In this document: positions 49,763 to 61,578 of the stretch, in pieces
Position numbering within the stretch: position 1 is the stretch's first letter
Layout of the letters: each line of letters starts with the position of its first letter
NCBI RefSeq assembly: GCF_964355755.1
Contig: NC_092675.1
Location: 18,262,912 to 18,326,911 of the forward strand
Length of the DNA stretch: 64,000 nucleotides
Direction: 5' to 3'
DNA from: Antedon mediterranea
Lineage: Eukaryota > Animalia > Echinodermata
Made by a program: the position numbers and the translations under genes
The notes under the pieces: model-generated
Database searches by the model: none
Told to the model about the DNA's origin: nothing
Seen by the model: the letters and a program-made list of their open reading frames with translations, nothing else

Positions 49763-52700
49763 TCATAACTGTTCTGTTGCTGGTTGTGTCTTGTTGACAA
49801 TTTCAGTTGGCTGTGTCGCATTATCTGATGAAGTATGTTGACAATCAATAATCTTTGGTGTAACTTGTGGCTGAAGAGAGCAAGACTCTTGGTTGTTGGG
49901 TGGAATACTTTCATTTGGTTGTCTTTCTATCAAAGACTGATTGGTGGATGATGCTGATGATGGTTCATCTTTTCTTTTATCAGAATCTTGCACAACATAA
50001 GCACAAGTTGAGGAGCTGACAGCAGTAGGCATTGTTTCAGATTCAGGTTTTTGCTGCACCTTCTGCATGCCATCATTGTCATGGTGAATGTACGGACAAA
50101 GTCCTAGTGGCTGTGGAGCAATCTGTGCTGGCGACACAATGTGGTTGTGTTTCTTCATTGGATTTTCAGCAGCTTTCATTTGCTCCATGAATGAAATGTT
50201 CATACCCTGGTTTTGGTAGTTGCCACCAAACTGCCCAAAATGCGCCATGTTGCCATTGTTGGCGACATTGCCAAACGGAGGGACCATCATAGGCTGGGGC
50301 TGCATAATATTTAATGCTGGATGCTGCTGGTTGCCACCATCCCCAAATGAATGTGCATTATTGTTTTGGGGCATAATATAAGCTGGCATCACATTACCTG
50401 GCATCATTGAACTAAAAGCAGTTGCGTTCTGCGGCCCCATCATTTGTTCATTTGACATCGCCATTGGCATCATCATGTATTGAACCTGCTGATTGTTGGA
50501 ATAATTTACTTTACGCTGTACCTTGCGTCGGCGTCTTGGAAGTGGAGCTTGTGGATTGTAATTGTCATTGATAGACCAGAAACACCCCTTTCGATGGCTT
50601 TCGTTTTTATTTTCATCAGCTCTTCTGGATTTGAAAGCTGGATGAGTTAATGCATGTCTAACAGAGCTCTGTAGTAGATCAAAATATTGTACATAAGCTT
50701 TTATTGTGTAATTTATTTTATTTGAACCATATTTAATGATGGTGATCCTTCCAGCAATTGCTGATCATTTGGGACCCTCAGAACAGATACAATACACAAA
50801 ATACAACAGTTAAAGTTACAGTACAAATCCTATAAATAAAATAAATTACATGAGAATTAATTAAGTAATTAGGTAGTTATTTTTGTTACTATTTAATATT
50901 GAACATTCCACAAATAATTAATAGTGAATCTGGAATTGTTCTTCCTGTTCAAAAGCTTGGTGGCTCATGACCTAAAGTTTGCCAGCAAACTTATGTTGGC
51001 CTCCTTACAAACAAACATCCTTATGTGAAATTCATTACTTACACTTTGCAAACAAACAAAGTTGTAATAAATTATTTTTTAATCTCTGTTGCTTATTCTA
51101 CAATCTTTCAAATATAAGAAAAGCATGTTTCTCACCATCCAACTTTTCTTCTTCTGACCATGATATGTTGTATATAATGGATAGAGTTTTCTGTTTGATA
51201 AAAAAGAAATCCAGTAACACAGTAACAAATTATACATGTACTTATTATATAATTTTGATATGGAATTATTATATATTGGTGTAAAATGGAGTTTTAAAAC
51301 TTTTACTTCCAAGGTATTTTAATATAACATTAGAATCAAAAAGAAGTTATGTTAATGATATCTTTCTCAGACATGAACATTGCAGTAAAGAAATTATTGT
51401 AAAAAAAATTTACGTTAATTCATGGTAGACTTCACATGGTTGCATTTCTGTCTTTTTGCATATTTTAAAAACATGTAAAACTTGCTGTACAAGACCCTGT
51501 GATGGCCGACCATCCATTCTGTACAAAGGTGACACGCTTTGTTCTTCTCCACTTGATATGGGATCATTATTTTGAATTACCAAGTCTAATTGAAAAAAGA
51601 AATGAAATATTAGATTAAAGCACACATTTTTGGGATAAATATTTGTATTATAAAGGTTAGAAAAAGTATTCATGAATAGGCAAATTATCAAGAATTCAAG
51701 AAAAATATGAATGCAAGACCAACCTGTTTTCAATGGTGAAATGGTTGTCATTATTGGTGCCTTCATCATGTACTGATTGTAATTATGTTCACTCTTGACT
51801 GGTGATGAATAAATTACTGTATCCCCACTACCACCAGCAATGATACTTGTCTGCGGATGAACGGTACTATTCATAGGAGGATGACTTAATGTCTGATTTT
51901 CAACTGCACCTGGTTGCAATGTAGAGATTGGTGGCAATTGACCATAATTTTGCATTGTCAACCCGCTGTTAAAATGAACTTGGTTTTGTGGCATATGTAT
52001 TACACTATTAATATTAGGGTATGTTGCTCGGTTAGACAGAGCATGGCTAGAGTATGGGACTGACTGTGTACTCATCTGTTGTCGGTTCCCTCTTCTTGGA
52101 GAAGAAAAGTGATGATGAAGAGGCATGGAAGGATTGTATTGGTTATGCACTGGTAATTGAGATGTTTGATCAGGATCAGTCTGTCCTTGATGAAAGTTCA
52201 TCATCATTGCATTTTGTTCTTGATGAAATCTTGTTGGGTGACCAAGACTGTCATGTTTTGTTAATGTTATTGTTGGCATTGCTGTTTGAACTGCTGGTGC
52301 TTCTTGTTTAATTTGTTGAAAATGATTCTCCATTTGATGAGGTTGAGATCTTCTTGCATCATCAATCAAGTGCCCACTATCTTCAATTTCATTTTCCTGC
52401 TTTGGTGTCAAAATTACTCTTGTATCTGATGTTGCTCGCATAAGGATATCCTCTTCCACTTGTTCAGCTGGAATAAACACACAATGTTCTCCATTTTCGG
52501 ACATTGCAATGTATCCTTCTTGTTGAACAAGGTCATTTTCTTTGGCATCATTTATTTTTTCATTTAGACCTACTACTTTATCTTGGTTATCGCATATCGG
52601 ATTTACACCTGACTCTGTGTCCCAACACTTTTCTTCAATGAGTAAAGATGATCTCTCATTGTTGATAGAATTCTCTGTGAGAGTGGGCGAATATTGGTCC

Positions 52701-52861
52701 GCTCCCTTCGTGGAAGGCTTCTCTTCCGTCGGCGGTAGGGCTAAATCAGGTTCAGGCTTACGAGAATTTTCACCATACACATTTGAATGTACTACAACGC
52801 TCTGTTCTTCATTTATTGAAGAACATGCCGTGGTACTATTAGTCTCCATTGTTTCATTCAA
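49763..52861 (-). CDS. Divergent forkhead-box (winged-helix) transcription factor, ~756 aa; exons 52861-51724, 51585-51414, 51190-51136, 50668-49763
   Basis: Phase-compatible GT-AG junctions assemble RPSQGLVQQVLHVFKICKKTEMQPCEVYHELT|KLYPLYTTYHGQKKKSWM|SSVRHALTHPAFKSRRADENKNESHRKGCFWSIND, followed by basic PRRRRKVQRK. This matches forkhead landmarks (P..Y, W.NSIRHNLS, F, KG.YW) and is flanked by Q/M/S-rich low-complexity regions. Confidence 0.8.
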
Positions 52862-53013
52862 TTAGGCCTAATTTATAGGTTTATTTCGTCGACATTTTGT
52901 CGCGGTTTTCTAAACAGATCGAAAGTTGATGTGTATGCCTGCTGTCTGCGTACAGTGCGTGTCGTCACGCAGAATTGACCAACAGCGCGGTGTGTGATGT
53001 GAACCGTAGTTCG

Positions 53014-53071
53014 ATTTGAATTATCTGTTAATCTGATTGGTTGAAAGTATAAAACCGATTTGCACATGCGT
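53014..53071 (-). promoter_or_regulatory. Putative proximal promoter of the Fox-like gene (CCAAT box, CHR-like TTTGAA, NRF1-like TGCACATGCG)
   Basis: CpG-richer patch just upstream of the ATG; ctgattggtt at ~53033-53042, tttgaa at ~53015-53020. Confidence 0.4.
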
Positions 53072-53590
53072 ATTATGTAAGTATGATGCGCTGCAAGATC
53101 CGACGTTTTTATGAAACTGTGTCCTGAAAAAGTTGTTGAATGGGCCTCTAGGCGCGCCTATCCATTTTTATGTCATATAATCATTATACAAATTGATTCA
53201 TATTCATTTGATCAAAACAAAAAAATTAATCGTAATTAAAGTTCAACCGAAAATTGTCTAGAATTAAGTCAGTCAATGATGGGTTATTCAATTGTTTATT
53301 TTGTCTAAAGCGAAATGATTATTAATAACTTTCAAAATGGCCTATGGTTTCATTACATTATAATAGGCTTTGTGCTGCCTTTGCCCCATCATTTTTTATT
53401 GTTATACTTGTATTACATTTTGATATAGGACCGATCTATGATACGATGATAATATTGACATTATAACAAAATAATAACAATTTAATTGTGATTGGTTGAA
53501 TATAGACATACAAATACAATATATATATTATAAAAGAATCATAAACCAGTTCTAATTGTGATCGTTCAAATTTAGGCCTACCTTTCTTAA

Positions 53591-56500
53591 TCTATATCTA
53601 TATATAAATTTACGTAAGGGCAAAATTCGGTAAATCGCGCCTTACTTCTAGAATTTTTACTCGATGGTATATAAAGTTGGTTCGTACTTTCGGTACTGAT
53701 TTTAACCACCTGATTTAACCCTGTTTACTAATTAAATTATGTTAGATAATTAGTTATTGACGATTAAAACGAATTTAGGTTCAACGAATAGGGGTGTTTT
53801 CCGATCGTGGTATACACTGTCTAATGGATGTCCATCTTGAAAAATACCCGCCACAAAAATGCGAGGAGGCTTCGCATTTTCCTATCTCCTCCTACGATAA
53901 TTGTTTTTAATAGCTGAAAACCGGTTGAACAGCTAGAGTACAGCATCATAATGTTGAAGACAGGCCGATTTTCTTTAAAAAATACTATTTTGATAGATTT
54001 GATATACGATTATACAAATGTACTGATTTGCGATGAATGGAACATTCCAATCTCTGTTCCTCAAGTGTCTATTCCCTCAGGCGTCGTAAAGGCAAGTACT
54101 GTATACTCATAACAGAAATTCGATCCATTTTTTTTTTCAATCTGTGCTGCAGTGGTTGGATATACATTTTTTTTAACGGATAATGAGCTAGAGTTTTCAC
54201 TCGCCGTATATTATGTACAAATCTTTATTATTGCAATTAAACCACCCACATCATCACCCTTCTCTCACTGGCATGAGTAGCGTTGTAAAACCAGTAGAGG
54301 ATAGGCCTACGGTACATCACATGCCCTAAACGCAGAACAACTTTGGTGGGTAGGGTAGGAACCAACTTAAGTATGAATTGGCTCTAAGAAACAATTGAAA
54401 ACCATTAGGCCTACTAATTAAGTTGAGTTAGATAATTTAATATTTATTGACGCAAGCGCAGGGCGATGTAAACAAAACAACTCAGGTCAACCAAAAACTT
54501 CCGGAATTTGAATTGCGTTGTGGGTAATGATGACGTGATTTTAAAAACCGATTACCCGAATAACCGATTAAAGTAGTAGCAATTTTCAATTGCAACGCGA
54601 TTATTTTTGTGGTTTGCGGTGACTGGAAAAAATCGATTATTTTGATTTTTTCAGCAGAAACAGACCCTAAGAAACAATTGAAAACCATTAGACCTACTTA
54701 TTAAGTTGAGTTAGATAGTTTAATATTTATTGACGATTAAATCGAATTTATGATTTTCCCCGAATAGAGGTGGTTTTCACAAATTGTTTTACATTATATA
54801 GGGCTAAACATATACACGTCGTAGTGATGTATCGTTACATGTACTGTACTATTTCAATCGACTTGGACGGTGATAGTTTCAACAAAGTATTACATCGCAA
54901 TGTTTTACTGTGTTTAGTGGTATATTATTTGTAAAACATGAAAACAATTAATATTTCGTTACTAAATAGATAAAGAATATATTTAAAAATTGTTCCTCTT
55001 TGCACCCATCCTCTTCCCCATCCCTCAACCCTAATGTTACATACAAAACACAAATTAAGTTTGTTTAAATTTGACTTAAACAATTGGTCTCATTTTGTGA
55101 CAAGTTTCTCTTTCGGAAGTAATTCCCAGGGTGCTAATTTTAGTTGAGTACATAAATCACATTGTCTATTTATTCGTTCCTGTAAACGACATGTATTTGT
55201 CCTGCGGTACGTACATTTGAAATCACCAGTTTTTTAACGCTGAAATTATTATGTATTCGAGAACCATCTGTGGGCACGACCTAGATGGTACGCGAGCGAA
55301 GCGAGCGTACCATCTAGTTATAATAAGTGAGAGAGTTTGTACGTTTGTTTGTTCGTTATACAAATTGTTGTTACTGCATATAACCTTACTACTCTAGTAG
55401 CTAGATCAACTTTCGTATGCACTTTGAGGTCCAGAGAATTTGACTTCAGAAATTGGTTTAGGGTGGTCAAACAATCATTTTTGGCTTGGTTACACATTTT
55501 GAAAATGTGGCGAAAGGTCAAAAGGTCAGGGTGAAAGGTCATAAGACCAAACACCAATATGTCCTTAAATCTCAACAACCACTGGTCACAGCGAAGTAAT
55601 TTTGGTCTCAAATTGATCAGAAGGTATACATTTATATTCAGTCTAATGGGACATTTTAGTCAAAAATGACCGGAAATGCCATTTCTGACCTTTGACCCAC
55701 ACCTCAGGGCATGTATGTATCTCCGTAACTACTGATCGTAGACACTTAAATTTGGTCTTAAATTGTTTGAAATAAATATTTATTATTTGTAGCACATTTT
55801 TTAAAATGTTACAAAAGGTCAAAGGGTCAAGGTCAAAGGTTATATGAACAAATAAAAATAGATACTTGTATCTCGGCAACCACTCGTCGCAGCAAGTCAA
55901 TTTTAGTTTCAAAATGTTCAGAAGGCATGCTTTCATATTCAATCTAATGAGACATTTTAGTCAAAAATTATCAGAAATGCCATTTCTGACCTTTGACCCA
56001 CATATCATGGCATCTTCATATCTCTGTAAGTACTGGTCGTAGAAACTTAAATTTGGTATCAAATTGTTCGAAATATACATATTTACATTCATTGTAATAG
56101 AAAATGTGGTTAAAAGATGAACAGAAATACTATTACTAATGTTTCAAACAAAAAACATATCTCTACATAACTTATCCTTAGACAGTAATGTTATGCAATA
56201 ACTGATACTTTAAATTGTTTCAATTTCAAGTACTAGTTATTGCTGACCCCAAGAACATTTTGATAGAAACGTCAAGCTCAACAGTTCTTTTCAGAATGCT
56301 AGAAGTAACTTTCCATGTGTATCCGATTAAACTCCCCGGGCATTTAAGGGTTTTTAGGGGCAGGGGAGGCATCTTTATTTGTGGTATAATATGGTAATAT
56401 GTATAATCAAATAAATACCACCTAGATGTAAAAAAAAATACAGCACAATTAATATCAAAAAGTGAAAAAAATGCTTGGTAAATTGTAGATTATGGTAGTT

Positions 56501-59049
56501 AATGTGTTGTGATACAATTATTGTGTAAATGCATGTGGCGGGCGTATTCCACGGTGTTCTATTAGAGGGAATGGTGGCGTTTATTTGAGAGAGGCTTTTA
56601 TTCAAAGCGGGTGTTAATTCGAATAAATACTCTAATTTTAATAATTATAATTCGTTTCTCAACTGATAAAAGGTACTTTACATGATTCGTTTTCTTCTTT
56701 ATGCTTTTTAACGAAATGTTTCTGTCTTTTAGAATAAAAGTGACACTGTCATAGATAACATTAAATGGATCTTCTCTTCCAGGTGCCAGTATAATGATAT
56801 AAAACAATGACACATCATTATCCTGAAACAATTGCACTCATAATGGATCTTCATTCTATCATCTGTTTGTTTGTGACTACAATTTGACAACAATCTTTTG
56901 CATATTTTTAAATGCCAATACATAGCTTCATTACTATTGTACAATATGTCCAGCTTTCCTGAAAACACCCTTGTGTACTGTAGTACAGTGTTGTAGTATG
57001 ATTTTATCATGATAACTTCTGATGCTTTTATTGTCAATGAATTCAGTACCTAAAACATGTCAAAGTTTCTAGTGGTATTGATAATAAATCTCCAGAAACA
57101 TATATTGTTTTATTATCTACACTGGGAACAGACGTGTATAATATATACCGACAAAACTTATACATATTATGTATAAGTTTTGTCGGTAACATTCAAAAAT
57201 ATTATGCAACAGTGTTACGGAATAATGACAATGAATTGGTCTATTATAGTTGTCTGTGATACCTTTTATTACATGATTGTACTTGCAACAGGATAGAATG
57301 AGGTTTAATCCAGTTATTATTCTTATTATATTAATTTTTTTTTTTATCTGGGGTGTATTTATTTGATTATACATGTTACCATTATTACACCCAAACAAAA
57401 TAAACGCCTTCCCTGAATAACTAAATGCCCGGACCTTTTATTCGGGTAACTATAGTAAGTTACTTCTAGCATTCTTAACTGTTGAGCTCGAGTATTTATT
57501 CGAATTAACACCCGCTTTGAATAAAAGCCTCCATTCCCTCCAATAGAACATCATGTGGAATAAACGCTCCGCCACATGCATTTACAAAATAATTGTATCA
57601 CAACACATTTCATTAATTACCATAATCTACAATTTACCAAGCATTTTGACATAATGTTATCATTTTTTTATATTAATTGTGCTGTATTTTTTTACATCTA
57701 GGTGGTATTTATTTGATTATACATGTTACCATATTATACCCCAAATAAAGATGCCTCCCCTCCCCCTAAAAACCCTTTTGAACAATAAATGCCCGGGGCG
57801 TTTAATCGGATACACATGGCAAGTTACTTCTAGCATTCTGAAAAGAACTGTTGAGCCTGACGTTTATATCAAAATGTTCTCGTGGACAGCAATAACTAGT
57901 AGGCCTACTTGAAATTGAAACAATTTAAAGTATCATATTGCATAACATTACTGTCTAAGGATAGGCCTAAGTTGTGTAGAGATATGTTTTTTGTTTGAAA
58001 CATTAGTAATAGTATTTTCTGTTCATCTTTTAACCACATTTTCTATTACAATGAATGTAAATATGTATATTTCGAACAATTTGATACCAAATTTAAGTTT
58101 CTACGACCAGTACTTACAGAGATATGAAGATGCCCTGGTATGTAGGTCAAAGGTCAGAAATGGCATTTCTGATCATTTTTTACTAAAATGCCCCATTAGA
58201 TGGAATATAAATGCATGCCTTCTGAACATTTTGAGACCAAAATTGACTTGCTGCGACCAGTGGTTGCCGAGATACAAGTACCTTTATTTATTTGTTTATA
58301 TAACCCTTGACCCTGACCCTTTGACGTTTTGTAACATTTTTCAAAATGTTTTTCATATAACAAAATATATATTTCGAACAATTTAAAACCAAATTCAAGT
58401 GTCTACGACCAGTAGTTACGGAGATAAATACAATTATCTCTGGGAAGGGGATGGTTTGGGGTGAGGTCGTAGGCCTTTCAACATGACGGAGACTGAAACT
58501 GTACTGGGAGTGTAATGTACAAACTACGTTTGAAAACTGGCACTGAGGGGTTATGAGTTGGGAGTAATTGCGTAACACGCGTCTTAAACACATCACCAAG
58601 AACGGGGTGTGTTGGGAGGGGGAAGGGTGGAGATATTACTGGAATTTGGAGGTAATAGAAGTACAACATAATTGTAATTGTACTGTACTTACTACATTTG
58701 TTCACTGTCCTAGAGAGTAGTTAAGGTTTGGTGATTGTGGTGTAATGGGGAGAGGAGAAAAATAGGGGGAAGATGTAATAGCGGTATCCAAATTAGATAT
58801 TTAATCCATTGCCAATATACACATTCATAGCAGCTATAGGGGTACCCCTCTCATTTTGAAGCTAAAGTTGAATAATTTATCCTGGGAAGAATTTGTTTTT
58901 AAAAAAGAGTGTGGGGTGTTTTTGAAGAGGGGTGGAGGTTTGTGAGAGATAGTGGGAGATACTGGCGCCAGGTCTTATGTACTACTGAGAAGGCTTTAAA
59001 CTAATTTTGAAACCCGCCCTGTTGGGGCGGGCCTAAGCCTAATTGCTAG
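53591..59049 (+). mobile_element. Non-autonomous composite Helitron (~5.5 kb)
   Basis: a|TCTATATCTATATATAAA 5' end; 3' hairpin cccgccc-tgttg-gggcggg (59013-59031) followed 14 nt later by CTAG|t; second internal hairpin+CTAG at 55281-55317; no TSD. Confidence 0.72.
55718..58426. repeat. Long inverted repeat: arms ~55718-56632 and ~57490-58426, ~860-bp spacer
   Basis: Arms are reverse complements along their length, e.g. ttattcaaagcgggtgttaattcgaataaatactc vs gagtatttattcgaattaacacccgctttgaataa; paralogous ORFs on opposite strands. Confidence 0.92.
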
Positions 59050-59469
59050 TTATTAATATTAGGCTCTTGTACTTTACTTTGTTACTATTTATTTAATTAC
59101 TTTATTACTATTCATTAAATAAGTGTTACTTTACTTAATTGTTGTATGTACAAAATAATTTTACACCAAGCAGGCAAGTCACAACACGGTTGAGAATAAA
59201 TCGGCATTATTAATATTAATTATATTTATAGATAAAAATAGATGGCGCAATGCAACTTTTTGGAGTGATGAGGGGGAGAAAAATACTTCAGAACTAAACA
59301 CAACCCCGACTACAGTAATCTTTAAAAAAAAAATGTGCACGATTGTGTATTTTTTAATATAATTATTAAAGAGCAATGTTTATATAAACAAACGTTATTT
59401 AATATACGAATGCATCATGTACATTTTTAATTTATTATACGTACTTAAATAATAGGTGGTTGTTGCAAC

Positions 59470-59574
59470 GTCAACTTCCTGTTACGCATGCGCATGTGTG
59501 TATGGAAATGTCACATTTGCTGTGTTGGCTAATTTTTTGTCGGCAGAATAAGTGAAAAAATATTATAAATTTCT
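59470..59574 (+). promoter_or_regulatory. GBF1: GBF1 promoter and probable non-coding first exon
   Basis: ETS/GABP acttcctg and NRF1 cgcatgcgca at ~59474-59494, YY1-like agatggcg at ~59240, donor gtaagt at 59575. Confidence 0.6.
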
Positions 59575-60791
59575 GTAAGTTAGATATTTAAAAGTAGATC
59601 AATACGGACATTTCCTAGAAGTAGACGGTAATTCTTATCTTAAATTTTGTAGCGCTTATAATAGTTATTTTAGGCTTAGGCCTAGCCTAGCCTTCCTTTT
59701 TTATTAGCTTGATGAGGGGGGAACGTGTCTGTGATCGATCGTGCCGCCTAGCCTATATATTGGCCTACTACTAGGCCTAGGCCTAGCTAGAGTGACGTGT
59801 GGACTCGACACTGTTAATGTTAGTGCGGTGGTGGTGAGGGCGGTGCTCTTTGTGTTTGAACGGTTCTGTCTCAGACGTTCCAACCCTCAAGTTAACTATT
59901 TTACTTAGGAGGTTTACAAATTAAGTTGTTAAAAAAGTGGACGGTTTTAAATAAATTTGACTACTAAACTACTCAGCGCAATCGGTAAATGTCAATGTTA
60001 AACAGGTGTGTCACACATTCTAGGCTAGCGACTAGGCCCTAGGCCTAATCCATTTCCAATTAAATACAGAAATAACCTTTTAAAAACTTCAAAATGTGTG
60101 AAGGAACCATGGCGATACGGTAACTTTCATATTTTCTAGGCCTCCAACAAAGTATGATTGCAACGAACCACATATAATATCGTGACCAGAAAGTGCTAGG
60201 CCCTAAACATTCCATTTGCGTGGTGAATTTCCGCATCTTCCATTGTCGCTAAGACGTGATGTAGTTCAAGTCCGACTTGCCGCGAAGAAGATAATGTCAT
60301 TATATACGGTTGTAAATAACCATTAGCAGCATTATTATAACACCTAGCAATGGATATCGAATTAAGCTAAAAAAATAGATATTTCATTCTTCAAACTGGC
60401 CAATATAACAACTCAGTAATATTGGCTCAGTAACCATTTAGTCGCCGATTTAGCCTGCCCCCTCGAGGACTAAAACAATTGATCAATATTCGTCTTGATT
60501 TATTTTAGGTAGATCTGATTTAGTTGCCGATTTAGTTGAAGTTTGGTTTTATCAATTAAAATGACATCATTTTTAAAGTTTTAGCTCGAACTACGACTAA
60601 GTCCGGTTTAAGAATACGGCCGTAAGATTTGTAGTTCTTCATGGTATTCTAATACTTAATCGTTGGTTAATTAAATTACAATTTCTTCTCTCTTTAGAAA
60701 CATGGATGGTATTATAAAAGCAGATTCTGTTTGAAAACAAAGAATTTTCTGAAGTGAAATTGAATGAAGTGAATACACATACAACTTTAAA

Positions 60792-60905
60792 ATGAGTGAC
60801 AAAATAATGCAACCAAAAAATGGAGTTTATATTATTCAAGGCGAAATGTTATTGGTTGTCACTGCAATGCGTAGGACCTCAAGATGGAACACCCATATTC
60901 CACAG
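60792..60905 (+). CDS. GBF1: GBF1 (Golgi brefeldin A-resistant Arf-GEF) first coding exon MSDKIMQPKNGVYIIQGEMLLVVTAMRRTSRWNTHIPQ
   Basis: Matches the human GBF1 N-terminus (KNIYIIQGEINIVVGAIKRNARWSTHTPL); acceptor at 60697, donor gtaaat at 60906. Confidence 0.9.
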
Positions 60906-61089
60906 GTAAATAATAAAAATTATATAATTAGATATATCACAATACTATATCTACTGTAGACACAGTACATTCAATTTTCCTGGTATTTGCAATGTAAAAT
61001 GTGTAATAAAAGTACATTCATTATATAATATACTGTAGTTAAATTGTATATTATATAATGAATTTACTTTTATAATATATAGTATTTAG

Positions 61090-61468
61090 ATTGAAAAGTA
61101 CTGCTTTACCAAGTTGAAGCTAGGCAACGTTAGGCCTGGTTGAGGCTTGGATTGGAGACCATCTGGGAATATTGAGTGCTGTATATTGAGCTGGGGTCAT
61201 GTTAGGCATTTGAAATCAGCACTGCTGACTTTTAAGGCAGCCCTTGCATCTAGTATATACCTCTGAAGTATTGGCCATTGCCTTTTCTCTGGTAAAAGTG
61301 GGCACTGGACGAGAGAAGCCCTTGATCAATGTTGGGATCAATCAAGGTGCTTTAAACAATCCTGGCTTAGTCATCATTCAGATAAATGTAAGACTAAAAA
61401 TGACACCGTTGTTCGTGACAGACGTCATATGCATAGTCTATTAAGACTGACACAAGCCAAAAGAAAAG
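61090..61468 (+). mobile_element. 5S rRNA-derived SINE (SINE3-type) in GBF1 intron
   Basis: gaagctaggcaacgttaggcctggttgaggcttggattggagaccatctgggaatattgagtgctgta aligns to 5S rRNA (A box, IE, C box), followed by ~280 bp of non-5S body and an A-rich end. Confidence 0.8.
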
Positions 61469-61511
61469 TAGTTAAATTGAAGTTGCAGTTAGAACACATT
61501 TTTTTTTATAG

Positions 61512-61578
61512 GAGGAAGAACAAGATCCATTGATAGCTGGCTTCTCACAACTAAAAGATCTACTCAACTCCATTTCAG
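61512..61578 (+). CDS. GBF1: GBF1 second coding exon EEEQDPLIAGFSQLKDLLNSIS; gene continues beyond window
   Basis: Matches human GBF1 DEERDPLLHSFGHLKEVLNSIT; tatag|...cag|gtatgc. Confidence 0.9.

Noticed and set aside
50598-50632. Minus-strand CTGATGA...CGAAAGC hammerhead-like motif
   Set aside because: Inside forkhead coding sequence, and stem II cannot form.
55318-58705. Cluster of 60-130 aa ORFs as genes
   Set aside because: They are translations of the tandem and inverted repeats within the Helitron.
61090-61185. Functional 5S rRNA gene
   Set aside because: 5' part is degenerate, many substitutions, and it continues into a SINE-like body instead of a T-run terminator.
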